Shown here piece by piece: positions 1 to 11,620 of a stretch of 64,000 bases of DNA. The DNA lies in contig MU054338.1 in assembly GCA_013239625.1 (NCBI GenBank), positions 2,978,977-3,042,976 on the forward strand, read 5' to 3'. Position 1 is the first letter of the stretch, and each line of letters starts with the position of its first letter. The stretch comes from Lama guanicoe. Its lineage: Eukaryota. The notes beneath the pieces are model-generated. The model was not told where the DNA came from, ran no database searches, and saw nothing but the letters and a program-made list of their open reading frames with translations. A program made the position numbers and the translations under genes.

Positions 1-210
1 ACTCCCTGCAGGCCACCCCTCTTCCCCCTCCCACCCCCCTTCCCAGGCACCATGCGGCCCTAGCTGCTAGCACTTCACCACAGTTCGATTTCCCTTCAGG
101 AACGTTTCTCCCACCCGGCACTGCTTCAGGCCAGGGTGTCTGGGCTACTCCTGGCGCCCCCAGTGCTCCAGCATAAACTTGAGGATCAGCTGGTAAGTTC
201 CAGAACGAAC

Positions 211-241
211 AACATAAAACATAAAACATAAAACATAAAAC
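211..241 (+). repeat. (AACATAA)4 heptamer repeat
   Basis: aacataaaacataaaacataaaacataaaac. Confidence 0.9.
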
Positions 242-329
242 CTGTTGACTGGCAGGCTCCCTGTCTCAGCTGATGGCTCAGGCCACACCTGGGAGTCATC
301 CCCCAGCTCCCTCCCTCACTCCCCCTACT

Positions 330-850
330 TCCCCCGCCTCATTCTCTCACCCTCACGTCCAGTGCCAGCAAGTCTGGTGGAGTCTGCCAGATTCATCCGG
401 AAGTCTTACCTCTTAACAGTCTGCTCCCTGGTTAGCTCTCAGCATCTCCTGCCTGGACCCCACAGTTCCCTCCACCCCTCTCCTCAGCTCCCACCCTTGC
501 CCCCAGTCTGTCCTCCCCTTAGCAGCCACCAGAGGGCAACTGTGAGCACCTGAGTCAAGCCTGGACCCTCTGCCCACAGCCCTCCAGGGCTCCCACCTCC
601 CTGCTGTAAAAGCTCAAGTCCTCGCCATGGCCCACAAGGTCCAACAGAACCTGCTCTGCCCCTTCCCTGCCTTCACCCCCCGACACCTCACTCTGTTCCA
701 GCCACACAGGCCTCCTTGCTGTTCCTCCAACAGACCAGGCCTGGTCTTGCCCCAGAGCCTTTGCACTGGCTGTTCCTCACTCCTGAAAGCCTCCTCTCGC
801 AGATTCCCATGTGGCTCCCTCCTTATTTCAGGTCTCCACCCCCACCTGCC
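330..850 (+). mobile_element. L2-derived repeat, copy A
   Basis: L2 hallmarks (ccagccacacaggcctccttgctgttcctc; cagagcctttgcactggctgttcc) plus the shared variant core ctctgcccacagccctccagggctcccacctcc. Confidence 0.8.
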
Positions 851-1849
851 GGACTCCAGAAATCTCTCGCCTTCCCATGCACCCCCCACACCCAGTGTCC
901 AGTGTTACCCTCTCTGTTACTCCGAATATGGTCTTCAGATCAGTGGCAGCAGCAGCCCCACTTGGGGGCAGTTAGGAATGCTGAGTCCTGTGCCCACCCC
1001 AACCAGAGCCTGTGTTTTAGGCAGGAGAACCCTGAGAAGCCTGGCTCACGCGTGGAGCTCCCCAAAGCAAATAACCCCCTATCTGCCCTCCTGGAAGTGT
1101 GAGCGCCATGAGGGCAGGCCTGGGTGCGTCTCGGCCAGCAGCACGTCCCCACGGCACCCGGCACACTGTCAGTGCTCCATAATGGCTTGCCGCCGCGAGT
1201 GAACGAGCGAAGTGTCAACATCAGCAGTCGAACAAAGAGCTGACCTCTCCCCGCTGGTTCACGTTAGCCCGTCACCTCTGCAGTGTGCACGTGGGTCCAC
1301 AGGCCAGTGGGGCCCCCCATGAGTGCCCGTGGGCCCTGACATCTTTGTGTTCGCACGTAGCCACAGATGCAACCCCAGCACACGTGTGTGCCTGTGTGCA
1401 CATGTGTGCACACACCTGTAGCGTGTCAAAGCCTGTATCCCACCCCCACCGAAGCTGCTGCCCGCACCCCCGACTGATGCCTTTCTGGCCAGGACCTCAG
1501 TTAACTGTGGGCACCAGGCTGCCCAAACCCACGTCTACCCACCCTCCCGCTGTGCTTCGTTAAGTCCCACTGGTGGGCTGGGGAAACAGGCCCGGCGTGA
1601 GGGCTGGACACACAGTAGTGTCAGCTACGAGCCCCAGCTTGGCAGCTTAGTTTCCGGAATCGTCTGGCCCAGGTTCTAATTCGATCTCCGCCTCTTAGCA
1701 GCCACCAGACCCCAACGGTCACGTCCTCCGTCTCAGCTTGGGGTGGTCTCCATTTGTAAACGCAGGTGACTGTAGGTCCAACCCTAAAATGTTACTGTGA
1801 AGGCGAAGGGACATAACCTAGACAAGGACAGGAAACCACGCCCATGTAC

Positions 1850-2115
1850 ATGTGGTTTCAAATTTCCTGGTGGCCACATGCAAAAGGTGAAATTCACTTC
1901 AATAATATGTTTCATTTAGGCCAGCAGATCCCAAATACTGTGATTTCTACCTGTCATCAACACACACGCGGTTAACGAGGCGTCCTCCACACTGCTGCTG
2001 GTGCTTCAGCTCTGGACTCCGTTGGGATTTTTTCATCTACGGAGCATCTCGAGTGGGACCAGCCACTTGTGATTCAACAGCCACATGTGGCCAGTGGTAC
2101 CGTTCTGGACAGCCC
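1850..2115. mobile_element. hAT-Charlie DNA transposon remnant (MER33-like)
   Basis: ggtgaaattcacttcaataatatgtttcatttag...cagccacatgtggccagtggtaccgttctggacagc. Confidence 0.65.
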
Positions 2116-4574
2116 AGTAGATGAAGGGCGGGGCATGGGCCTGGCACACAGTAAGCCCACAGTAAGCCTCAGTTACCATCATTATCATTGTGCTGTTTTT
2201 ATTCAAAAAATGTCCAATTCCGTTCCGTGTTCCAATTCCACGCTGGAGCATCTAGCCGCAGGCTCCCCTGGAACAAGCCTGCAGGTAGGGAGGATCTACC
2301 TCCACTCTCTGCCTGAGCACCGAAGCTCTACTTTCAGTCTGCCTTAAATCCCTCTTGCTTCCAGAGAGTGCCGGAAACAAAAGTCTAGGGGCTACAGTTT
2401 TAGTCCCTCTGGCCTGGGCACGTCCAGCCTGGGATTTTGAGAATTGGGGCTTGAAGGGCAAAGCCCACCCTCCTCTCTAATCCCCCTTCCACTACCACCA
2501 AGCAACTCCTTTATTGTACATCACAGGCTCAGCTCAGACCCTGCACTCCCCTGCTCAGAGGCCTGCTATGGCTCCCTAGTGCCCACAGAGGAAAGAGCCA
2601 ACTTCATACCTTGATTATTTAAGGACACCTCCCACTCTGGGAATGGCTTTAATATTCCACCTACTCTCACCTCCTGCCAGGCAGGCCCAGAATTCACAGG
2701 TCTGACGCCCAGGCCTTTGTTTAGGCTCTTCTCTTTGCCAGGGGTACCTTTTTGGCTTTCTCAATCCCCAAGCTGCCCCTGGAATCCCCTCCCAATCACC
2801 CACACACAATAACCTCACCTTCTCTCCTTGAGGACCCACAGCCAATTCCTGCTCACTCATCAAGTCTACCTGTGGATGCCCCCTCCTCCAGGAAGCCTTC
2901 CCTTATTGCCTTCCCTGGGGGAGCACGGTTTCCCTAGGAGCCAACCAACCTCACCAACTTGGGAGCATCTGTGGCCAGCTCTGGCTCCCTGTAGCCCAGA
3001 CTAGAAGCTATTACTGAGTGCCAGCTGTGCGCCAAGCACTGTTCCCAGGGACACAGCAGTGGTCAAGACAATTGCAGGGTCCTGCCTTTGGTGGGGGGTT
3101 CTCAGACCAGCAGGGAGATGAGGGTACACGCATTCCCAAAAAACAGAACTCAGCTTCTGACAATGATGATGAAGCATGAAGAGGAAAATGCACAGAACAA
3201 TGGGAGACTGACAGCAAAGGGCTGCTTTAGTAGGTGGTAAGGGGGACTTCCTGGAGGAGGGGATGGTAGAGCTGAAGCCTGGAGGCTGAGAAGGAAGCCA
3301 CAGTGAAGATGAGGGGAAGGGTGCTGCGGGGGTGGACATCGAAATGGCAAGGCTTGGCGGCTGGAACCGTTAAAGGAATAGCAAGAAGGTGCCGGTGGGT
3401 GGGAGGCTGCCGTACCATAAGAGAGGGCCCCAGGACATCCGCCTGTTCTAGACAAGACCTGCAGCCTCAATTTCCTCATTTGTAAAAGATGGCACTAGAA
3501 CAGGGCCTGCTACACGTGTTTGCTCTATGTGAAATGACCTTGCTGGGTGACCTTGGGCAAGGAGCCCACCCTCTCTGGGCCTCTCTAGACCACAACAGGT
3601 GACTGGGTGACCCCGGGCCAGGCTCGAAGCCCCTGTTTATCCATCTGCCATAGCGAGGATGGGGGTGGGATGCCCGTCTCCAGTTCCATAGAAGGAGCTC
3701 CTGTCAGCCCGGCCGCCCCAGGATTCCAGCTCCGGGGCCCAGCGTCCCCGGGGGGATCGAGTAACCCGGCTGGGCAGCCAGGCCCCTGCGCCGTCCAGGT
3801 CTAGTTACCGGCTCTGCTTACAGCTGCCTCCTCCAGCTGCCTCAGTCGCCCCGGCGCAGCCCAGCCAGGCTCTGGGGCTGTCTAGGAACTTGGCAGAACG
3901 GCCAGAGGAAGTCCCTTGGGGCCCTGGCCATGGAGGCACTGAAGAGAGAGGCACCCTCGTTCCCCATCGCTCCCTCCACGCTGGTTAACTCACCCCTCCC
4001 AAGCCTGGGAGGCGGCCAGTGCACCCTTCAGTCCTCAACCCTCCTCCATGCAACTTTGGTTCCCGGAGCCTCAGTTTCCCCATCAGTGAACCAAGCATGA
4101 TAACCTTGGATAACCAGCTTCAAAGGGTTATCACGACGGGTAAGGGAGCTACACACAGTAGGCGCTTAATTAACTGTGCTGACTGCTGTGCAGCCCAGGG
4201 TTACAGCCTTCGTGTCTCTGGGTTTGTCTCTGTAAATCGGGGATGAGAGTGTCACCTCCAGGAGGGCGGGGGTTCCGGCGCACAGGCGGTGCTCCACAAA
4301 CACGATGGAAGAACGTCCCACTAACGGTCCCTACTTATGAACGAGAGACACAGATAAGTTCATTCCAGCCTTCCTGAGCACCTACTGTGTGCCAGCATGG
4401 CCGGGGACTCAGCCCTGACCAGGATCATGCATGTCAAGGGCTTGGCACAGAGCCAGGCATGCAGTAAGCACCCAATTAATGCTGAGCATCTCATTTAAAG
4501 AGGATGGTGCACAGAGTACCCAAGCCATCTCCCAGATGCACACCACAGCAGCCCAGCAGAGTAGGGATTTAAGC

Positions 4575-4795
4575 TAAGATTTTATGAAGCCCCTACTGTG
4601 TGCCAGGTGCTGGGCCAAGCCCTTCGCATGTCTGAACTCGTTTCCTGCCTGCACCAACACTATGATGCAGAGACCAGCCCCATTAGCCTCATTTCACAGA
4701 GGTAAAAACTAAGGCTCAGAGAGGTTAAGACACTTGGCCAACGTCACACAGCACAGAGGGGTATAGTCGGGATTTGAACCCAGGCCACGTGGCTC
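4575..4795 (-). mobile_element. MIR SINE (one of many; others at ~1670, 4060, 6000, 12010, 14820, 20530, 20720, 23030, 40690)
   Basis: catttcacagaggtaaaaactaaggctcagagaggttaag...ggatttgaacccagg is the MIR core. Confidence 0.85.
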
Positions 4796-6264
4796 TGCTG
4801 CCTCTCAGTGACATTTACTGAGCACCCACGATTTACCATCTGCCAACGAGGCTGCAGAGCCTAAATGCACATTTTGCAGATAAGCAAGCAGAGTCCCAGA
4901 GAGAGAGGCCACCCCAGTCCAAGGCAACTCAGGGAGCCAGGGTGGAGACCAGGTGGCAGAGGCAGGACCTTGGGTGGGGGACATGGACAGGTCCCCAGGG
5001 CTCCCAGCCCAGACAGAGAGGGGGGCTCCTGGGTAATTAATTTTAATCACTGTTTGGCAATTGGGCCACCAGGAGGCAAATCAGAAGCAGCAACTTGTAA
5101 TTAGGAACAGGAAAGGGGGGGCTGTTTTCTTGGTGATGCAGCGACCATTCCGGGGAAATGAAAGTGTCATTTACAGCCAGTGGGTAATTAGGGGGCCTGG
5201 GAGGGGGCCACTCAAAGGGGCTGGGGACTCCGAGGGAATCTGGGCTGGGGCTGGGGTTAGGGGTCAGGCACCTACAGACTCCCAAGTCGGGGGTTCTGAG
5301 CAGGCCTAGGGACAGAGCCCCCAACTTAGGTCTGAACCTCAATTTGGAGGAAATAGAAAAGAGTCGGGTCCTGCTCTTGGGGCTCATTCTGGGGGACAGA
5401 GGGGAGTAAGGGTCGGCTCTAGGGGGCTCCACTGGAGAGGGGACAAACAAGTCAGTTCCCTGCCCTCGGGGGTCCTCGATCTGGAAGCAGAAGATGATGA
5501 ACCCAGCCCCCCTCACTTAGGGTTCTGGGAGTCCTCCTCTCCCCCAGGCTGATGCTCCCACCCAGAATTCCTCTGGCCACTGCCCCTCCCCTGAGGCCCC
5601 TTCTGGGAGGCCAAGTGGGATGGGACCAGAAAGGCAGGTCTGGAGGGGCACATCTCTGAGAGATGCTGGGCCGGATGCAGGTGGGGCTCTGCCAAGTGCT
5701 GCTGGGAACGGAAGACCTGGCGAATGAACTTGAAGAAGACAAAGGCGGGAAACCGGCCCTGGGGGACGGCCCTGGGGTCACAGCGGACCACAAGTCCTGG
5801 TGAGTCAGGGCTCAGGAATGGCAGAGATGCTGGCAGAGTGACGCGGGTTCCAGGCGATGGGCCGTGAGAACTGCGCATCAATGGAGCAAAACAGCCAGGG
5901 GCAGGGGCCCCTCATTTTACTGGGTGACCTTGGGGATTTAGATCTCAATCTGTGTCTGTCTTCCCAGAGCCTAGAGCTTAGACATTCAAAGGGGAATAAG
6001 AGCAAACATTTATGGAGCACCTGCTGTGTTCCAAGCCCTGTGCATTGGGCTTTGCAGAAAGGACTGGTGGAGTATGTGGGAGGGGTTTCCTTACCATTTT
6101 ACAGGTGAGGAAATTTAGGCCCTGAGTGGGCAAGTAATACGCCCAAAGTGGCAGAGCTAGGAAATGGCCAAACTGGGATTTGAACCCAGGCCAAATGGTC
6201 CACATGCCACACTTTTAACCACAGCACTACACGGCCCCAGAGAAAGGGACTCTGAGTCCCTCTG

Positions 6265-6975
6265 TACATCCAGCAAGTCCAGTCTACCCTGATCCTCTCA
6301 CTTCTTTTCCATCTGCTGCCTCAGCCTGGCTGGGCCCCATCACTGCTCACCTGGACCAGTGCAGTCCCCTTCATCCTGGTCCCCCGGCTCTAGCCCTTGC
6401 TGCCCACAGTCTGCACTCCCTGCAGCAGCCAGAAGGCACCTGTGGACACGTGAGCCCTGCCCCACCCCGCCCCTCCTCTGCCCACTGCCCTCCAGGACTC
6501 CCACCTTCCTCGGAGTAAAAGCCCAAGTCCTGCCTGCTGCCCACAAAGTCCTGCACCACCTGCCCCATCCCTCCCCTGCCCTCGCCTGCTCCTTCTCTCC
6601 CCATTGCCACACGGGCCTCCTTGTTCCTCCAACAGGCCAGGCACAGTCCTGCCCCAGGGCCTTTGCATGGCTGTTCCCTCTGTCCAGGATGCTCTTCCTC
6701 CAGCTCCCTGCATGGCTGCTTCCTTTCCGCGTTCCAGGTCTCACTCAGATGCCACCTTGTCAGAGACATCCTGTCTTACCCCATCAGCTAAGACAGCCCC
6801 TCCCTTCACTGTGACACCACACAGTGCCATTGTCTTCAGGGCCCTTGTTATTCTTGATTTACTTCCTATCCCAAGTTAGTGTCCACGCCCCCATCCCCCA
6901 TGACTGGTCTGCCCTGGTCATCGCTGGGTTCCCAGCATGTGGTACACAGTAGTTGCTCATTAAATATCTGTCAAC
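6265..6975 (+). mobile_element. L2-derived repeat, copy B, running to the L2 3' end
   Basis: cagggcctttgcatggctgttccctctg...ggtacacagtagttgctcattaaatatctg. Confidence 0.82.
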
Positions 6976-9900
6976 TCGTGAAATGAGAGCAAAAACCTCA
7001 CAGCTCCCAAGGAGATTGGGGCCAGAGGCCACAAATTTCAGCTTTTCAAAGTTATTGCTTGTTCTAGAGTAAGAAAAGAACAGGACCAGGCCTGGGATTT
7101 CGCCCACATCCTCTTGTTTAAATGTTCAGCCTAAGGGCGAGAGAATAGCACTCAGCTTTCACAGCTGTGGAAACTGAGGCTCAGAGAGGGGGCATGAGTG
7201 AAGTGAGTGAATGAAGAGATGGATTCAAACCCAGGTGAGTCTGATCCAGCTGCTGTGGTGATCTCTGAGGGCGAAAATTCAGAGGGGCTGTCTCAACTGC
7301 CCCACGGATTCCAATTGGGCCTTCAGGGAAGGGAGAAGGTTCTGAAACTATCAGAAAACACGTGGCCTCCTCCTGGTGAGCTGCGCATCCGTCACGGTCC
7401 TAGCGGCAGTGCCCCTCCTTGATGCATCTTCCCTGATCCACTGGGCAGAGCCAGTTTTTCTCGGCCCCATTTTGCCCTGACTCTGATCTCATATAGCAAA
7501 GAGGGCCAGTTTCTGCCTCTGTTTTCTCCCCCTCATCCTGCAAGACTTCTGAGGGCCAACCAGGCACTGGAGCTAAAGCCTCCCTCTCTGGGGTCTCAGG
7601 GCCACCCAGCACAGAGCCTGGCACATGGGCTCCACCGGCAGTAGTTTTTAGTGCCTGATCTCCCCACCTGCTCTGGCCCAGGTCTCCCCCAGGGCCTTCC
7701 TGCGAACCTACGAACCACAACCCTCCCCGGGCTCCTGCAGTTGGGAAGTTCTCTCTTAGGTCTGTCCTTGGAAGGCAGGCTCAGCCTGGGACACGATGCA
7801 TCCTGAGAAATGCAGTCCTCACTGGACTGGGCCTCCCTCCCAGCAGGCCCTGGGGCTGCCACCTTTGGACCCTGGGGCTAGTGAAGCGGCATCAAGGGTG
7901 GCTGGCGGGGGGAGGGGGGTGTCCCCTGTATCCCTGCCCAAGGAGATGGAGAGGGGTCCTTGGCCTTCCAAGTCACCTCCTTAGCACATTCTAATGCCTG
8001 CCCCTTCAGCTGGACATCCCTCAAGGACAGGTGATCAATGACCAGGGTAATGAGAACGAATTATGTGGCTCAGGCCCAGACCTCTCAGGCCACACACCAA
8101 AGCCCGGCTCTGGCAAGCCAAACCTATGCCATTCACGATGGTGGGGGTACCTAGCAGGGGGGCGTGCCCCTGGGATCCCCTACCCCGAAGCAAGCTTCTA
8201 GGTAATTTGACCACAGGATGTAGGGGCTGAGGTCCCCTCCTGGACTGCCTTGAGCCACAGGATCCCTCTTTCTGCTCAGTGAGGCCCCACCCACAGTCAA
8301 CCCCAATCACTGCTGGGTCTCAGGTGAATCAGTATGAGAATCTCCAGCCCTTTAAATGGCTTAGAATTTGGGAATCACTGCATCTTAAACATTCTTCCAG
8401 GATTCTGCCTCCCAGGATGGGTGGCTCTCCACCTCTCTGAGCAGCTCAGTTGCTAGTAGCTACCCTTTCTTGTGGCTGCTCCAGGTCTGAAACATTGCCC
8501 ATTCCCTCCTCTGCTCTAAAATCTTCCATGGCTCCCTATTGCCCTTGGGATAAAGCCTGTTCCTTAGCTTGGCATCCATGGCCCCTGATACCTCTCAGAA
8601 CTCATTGCTTATCGTCTCCCACTTAAAATAGCCCAGCCACTCGGGGCTCCCCCAACACACCCTTCCGTGGCTGTCCCCGCCACTCCCTCTGCCTGCAAAC
8701 CCTGTTTCTCTCTCCTCCTGGCAACACTGGCAACATCCTTCTCATCCTCAGTGCCAGCACCCCGTCCTCCAGGCAGCCGTCCCTGCTCCCACCTGTCCTG
8801 ACCCTGGCTGAGTCCTCTCTGGATTCCTAGCATCACCTGGCAGGGGGCTGGATACACAGGACAGGGCCACACCCCAGGGTCAGCTAGGGACACCCTCCTT
8901 CAGGAGATGGTCAGCAACTGGCACGTCCTTCAGCCCCTGGGGACCCAGCTTACCTGTCCCACCAGCTGACGTCAGGGTCACCTTTGCAAGGACAGTTTGA
9001 TTTCAATCTTCCTGGTCCAGTCCCAGGTAATCCTAGCAACTCCCGTCTCAAGCCCTGGGTGGCCACTGCAGATGCCAAACCCTGCCACAGCGCAAATCTC
9101 CAGCACCTTCTCTGCCCAGTGGACAGAGGGGACAGAGGTGAATGGCCCCTCCTAGGTGATTCAACCTCTGCTGGGAGACACCGCCTCACCTCAAAGCAGA
9201 GGCGGTGACAGGCCCCTGAGGCCCCATGGGTGCTCAGCCCTGGTGGAGGGCAGGTGGGCAGGTGGAGGGAGAGAGAGAGGTTACAAATCCAGGGTATTCC
9301 TTGGGACATCTCTCTGCCTCATCTTCCTTCACTCAGGTTCTAAAACCAAGAGTAGCTTCTGCGAAGACCGCAGCCCAGAGATGGTTAGAGGGCTGTCTGA
9401 GGCCACACAGTGGCACCCCTCCTGTCCATCCCCGGACTTCTCTATGCCGCTTTTTTGTTTTTGTTTCTGTTCTTGTTTTTCTGGAGACGGGGAGAGCATT
9501 GGAAGCTCCAGGTCTAATTTTTGCCCTGCCTAGATTGGCAGGCAGAGAGGGGTTGTTTCCAAGGAAACCTTTGGGGCAGCATTTGGGTTTCAGCCGATTT
9601 GAGGCTCTTTCCCCCTTGATCTTATCTAATAGTCCTAGTAGCAGAGAGGCCTGGCCTCACTCTCTACCCATTCTGCTGCCTCCCTGGACCTCAGTTTCCC
9701 TGCCTGCTCTCGGAAATGGGCCAGTTTAGAGAGGACATGCTACAGTTTAATGAGTCTCCTGCCAGGCGCTCAGATACCCAATATCCAAGGGGCCTCCTAG
9801 GGCCACAAGGACCACCATCTACCTTCCCAAAGAGCTCAGGACCCCTTCCAGGAGAATCCTGACCCCATGCACGACTCCCAGCCATCCCTCCACATCCAGT

Positions 9901-10900
9901 ACTCTGTCTAAGTAGAGTTGCAGCAATTGCCCAGATACATCCAAAAATTTCATCCTTGAAAGAAAGCATGTTTACTAGGTTGTGGGAAAGGGGCCGGCGG
10001 GTGTCTGTAGGGGAAGGGATGGCCCAGGGGTACTCAACTTTGATTTTGAAGAGTGCATTGTACCCCTTGAGAAGCTGAGGGAACCCAGAAAAATATGAAG
10101 CAATGCAGTTAGGGAAACTGGGGGGCTCTTTTGTAGCCCCAACCATTAGTCCCTCCCTTTCTCCAGAAAGAAACATCCAAAACTTGAGGGTCCCCTCCCC
10201 AACCCCAAGCCCCAGTTCTCCTCCAGTCTGGAGGTCAGAGATGACAAGCCTGGTGGGGGGATGCCCCAGACCTCAGCCAGAGAGGGCCAAATGGGGGCTG
10301 AGTGGGAATTGCCCCCAGCCCCAGGACTCTTGCAGATACTCCCAGCTCCAGCATCTACAAGTCCCGAGCAGGGTCTAGGGCAGGGGCGACGGTTCCCTAA
10401 GGCAGTGCCCCATCTAGAAAGTGCCCCAAACTCGGAGGGCGCCCAGAGGCAGAGAGCAGGACAGGGGGCACGTGACCCCGCCCTGGAGACCAATCAGTGC
10501 CCAAAGGAGGGGGACCACACTCTGAGCCCCCCAACCCTCCCGGCGCACGCTTGGAGAGAGACGCTTTCTTTGTCCCTTTGTCAGCTCTTGGGGGGCCCGC
10601 GAACCCCTGGGCCCCCACTGCAGCAGGGGGACCAGGCTGGTTGGCTATCTACCCCTCCTCGGCCCCTCCCCCGCGACCCAGGCCCTGGACTCGTTCTGGG
10701 CCAGGCATGAGGTTGGAGAGGGCTCAGGGGCACCCAAGGTGCGGCGCTGGACCGCGGAGTCGGGCGGAGGGCCCTCATCTCACCGGGACCACCGCACCAG
10801 CCCCCTATCGACCTCGACTTAGCTGTCAGGGCTCCGCCCCCCAACACCACCCCCAACCCCCGGCCAACAGGCCCCCTGAGGGGGCCTGCTGGCCGGGGGT

Positions 10901-11247
10901 NNNNNNNNNNNNNNNNNNNNNNNNNNNNNNNNNNNNNNNNNNNNNNNNNNNNNNNNNNNNNNNNNNNNNNNNNNNNNNNNNNNNNNNNNNNNNNNNNNNN
11001 NNNNNNNNNNNNNNNNNNNNNNNNNNNNNNNNNNNNNNNNNNNNNNNNNNNNNNNNNNNNNNNNNNNNNNNNNNNNNNNNNNNNNNNNNNNNNNNNNNNN
11101 NNNNNNNNNNNNNNNNNNNNNNNNNNNNNNNNNNNNNNNNNNNNNNNNNNNNNNNNNNNNNNNNNNNNNNNNNNNNNNNNNNNNNNNNNNNNNNNNNNNN
11201 NNNNNNNNNNNNNNNNNNNNNNNNNNNNNNNNNNNNNNNNNNNNNNN
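10901..11247. other. Assembly gap (347 N)
   Basis: Run of N characters. Confidence 1.
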
Positions 11248-11302
11248 CACCCCCAGGTAGCGCCTCCCCAGCCCCCTCTCGCAGACGCCCCGGGGCGCTT
11301 AC

Positions 11303-11620
11303 CTCGGAGCCGCGGCCGCCGCGAGTGCGCGGGAGGGAGCGCGAGGGCGGGAGGGCGCGGGTGGGGGGGTCGGTGCGCGCACCTGTCCCGGCCCTGCCGG
11401 CCCAGCCAGGCATCCCGGGGTGGGGAGGGGGGCTGGGGGCGCGCGCTCTCCCCGCCCCCGGGCCCGCGGTGCTGCGCTGGGGGTGGGGGCTCAGCCCCGG
11501 CCCCGGGCGCGCTGGCGTCGGCTCCGGGGGGGGCGCTGCGCGGCGGCCGGACCGGGGGCGCGCCGCGGCCGCATCTCCTCCGCCCGCCGCGGCCGCCGCT
11601 GCGACTCGCGACTCCGCCAC
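11303..11620 (-). other. SEMA6B: Putative non-coding first exon (5' end uncertain), probably SEMA6B; its coding exons would lie left of the window
   Basis: Minus strand reads CCGAG|GTAAGC at 11303/11302, a near-consensus donor inside the CpG island. No semaphorin coding sequence is in the window. Confidence 0.5.
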
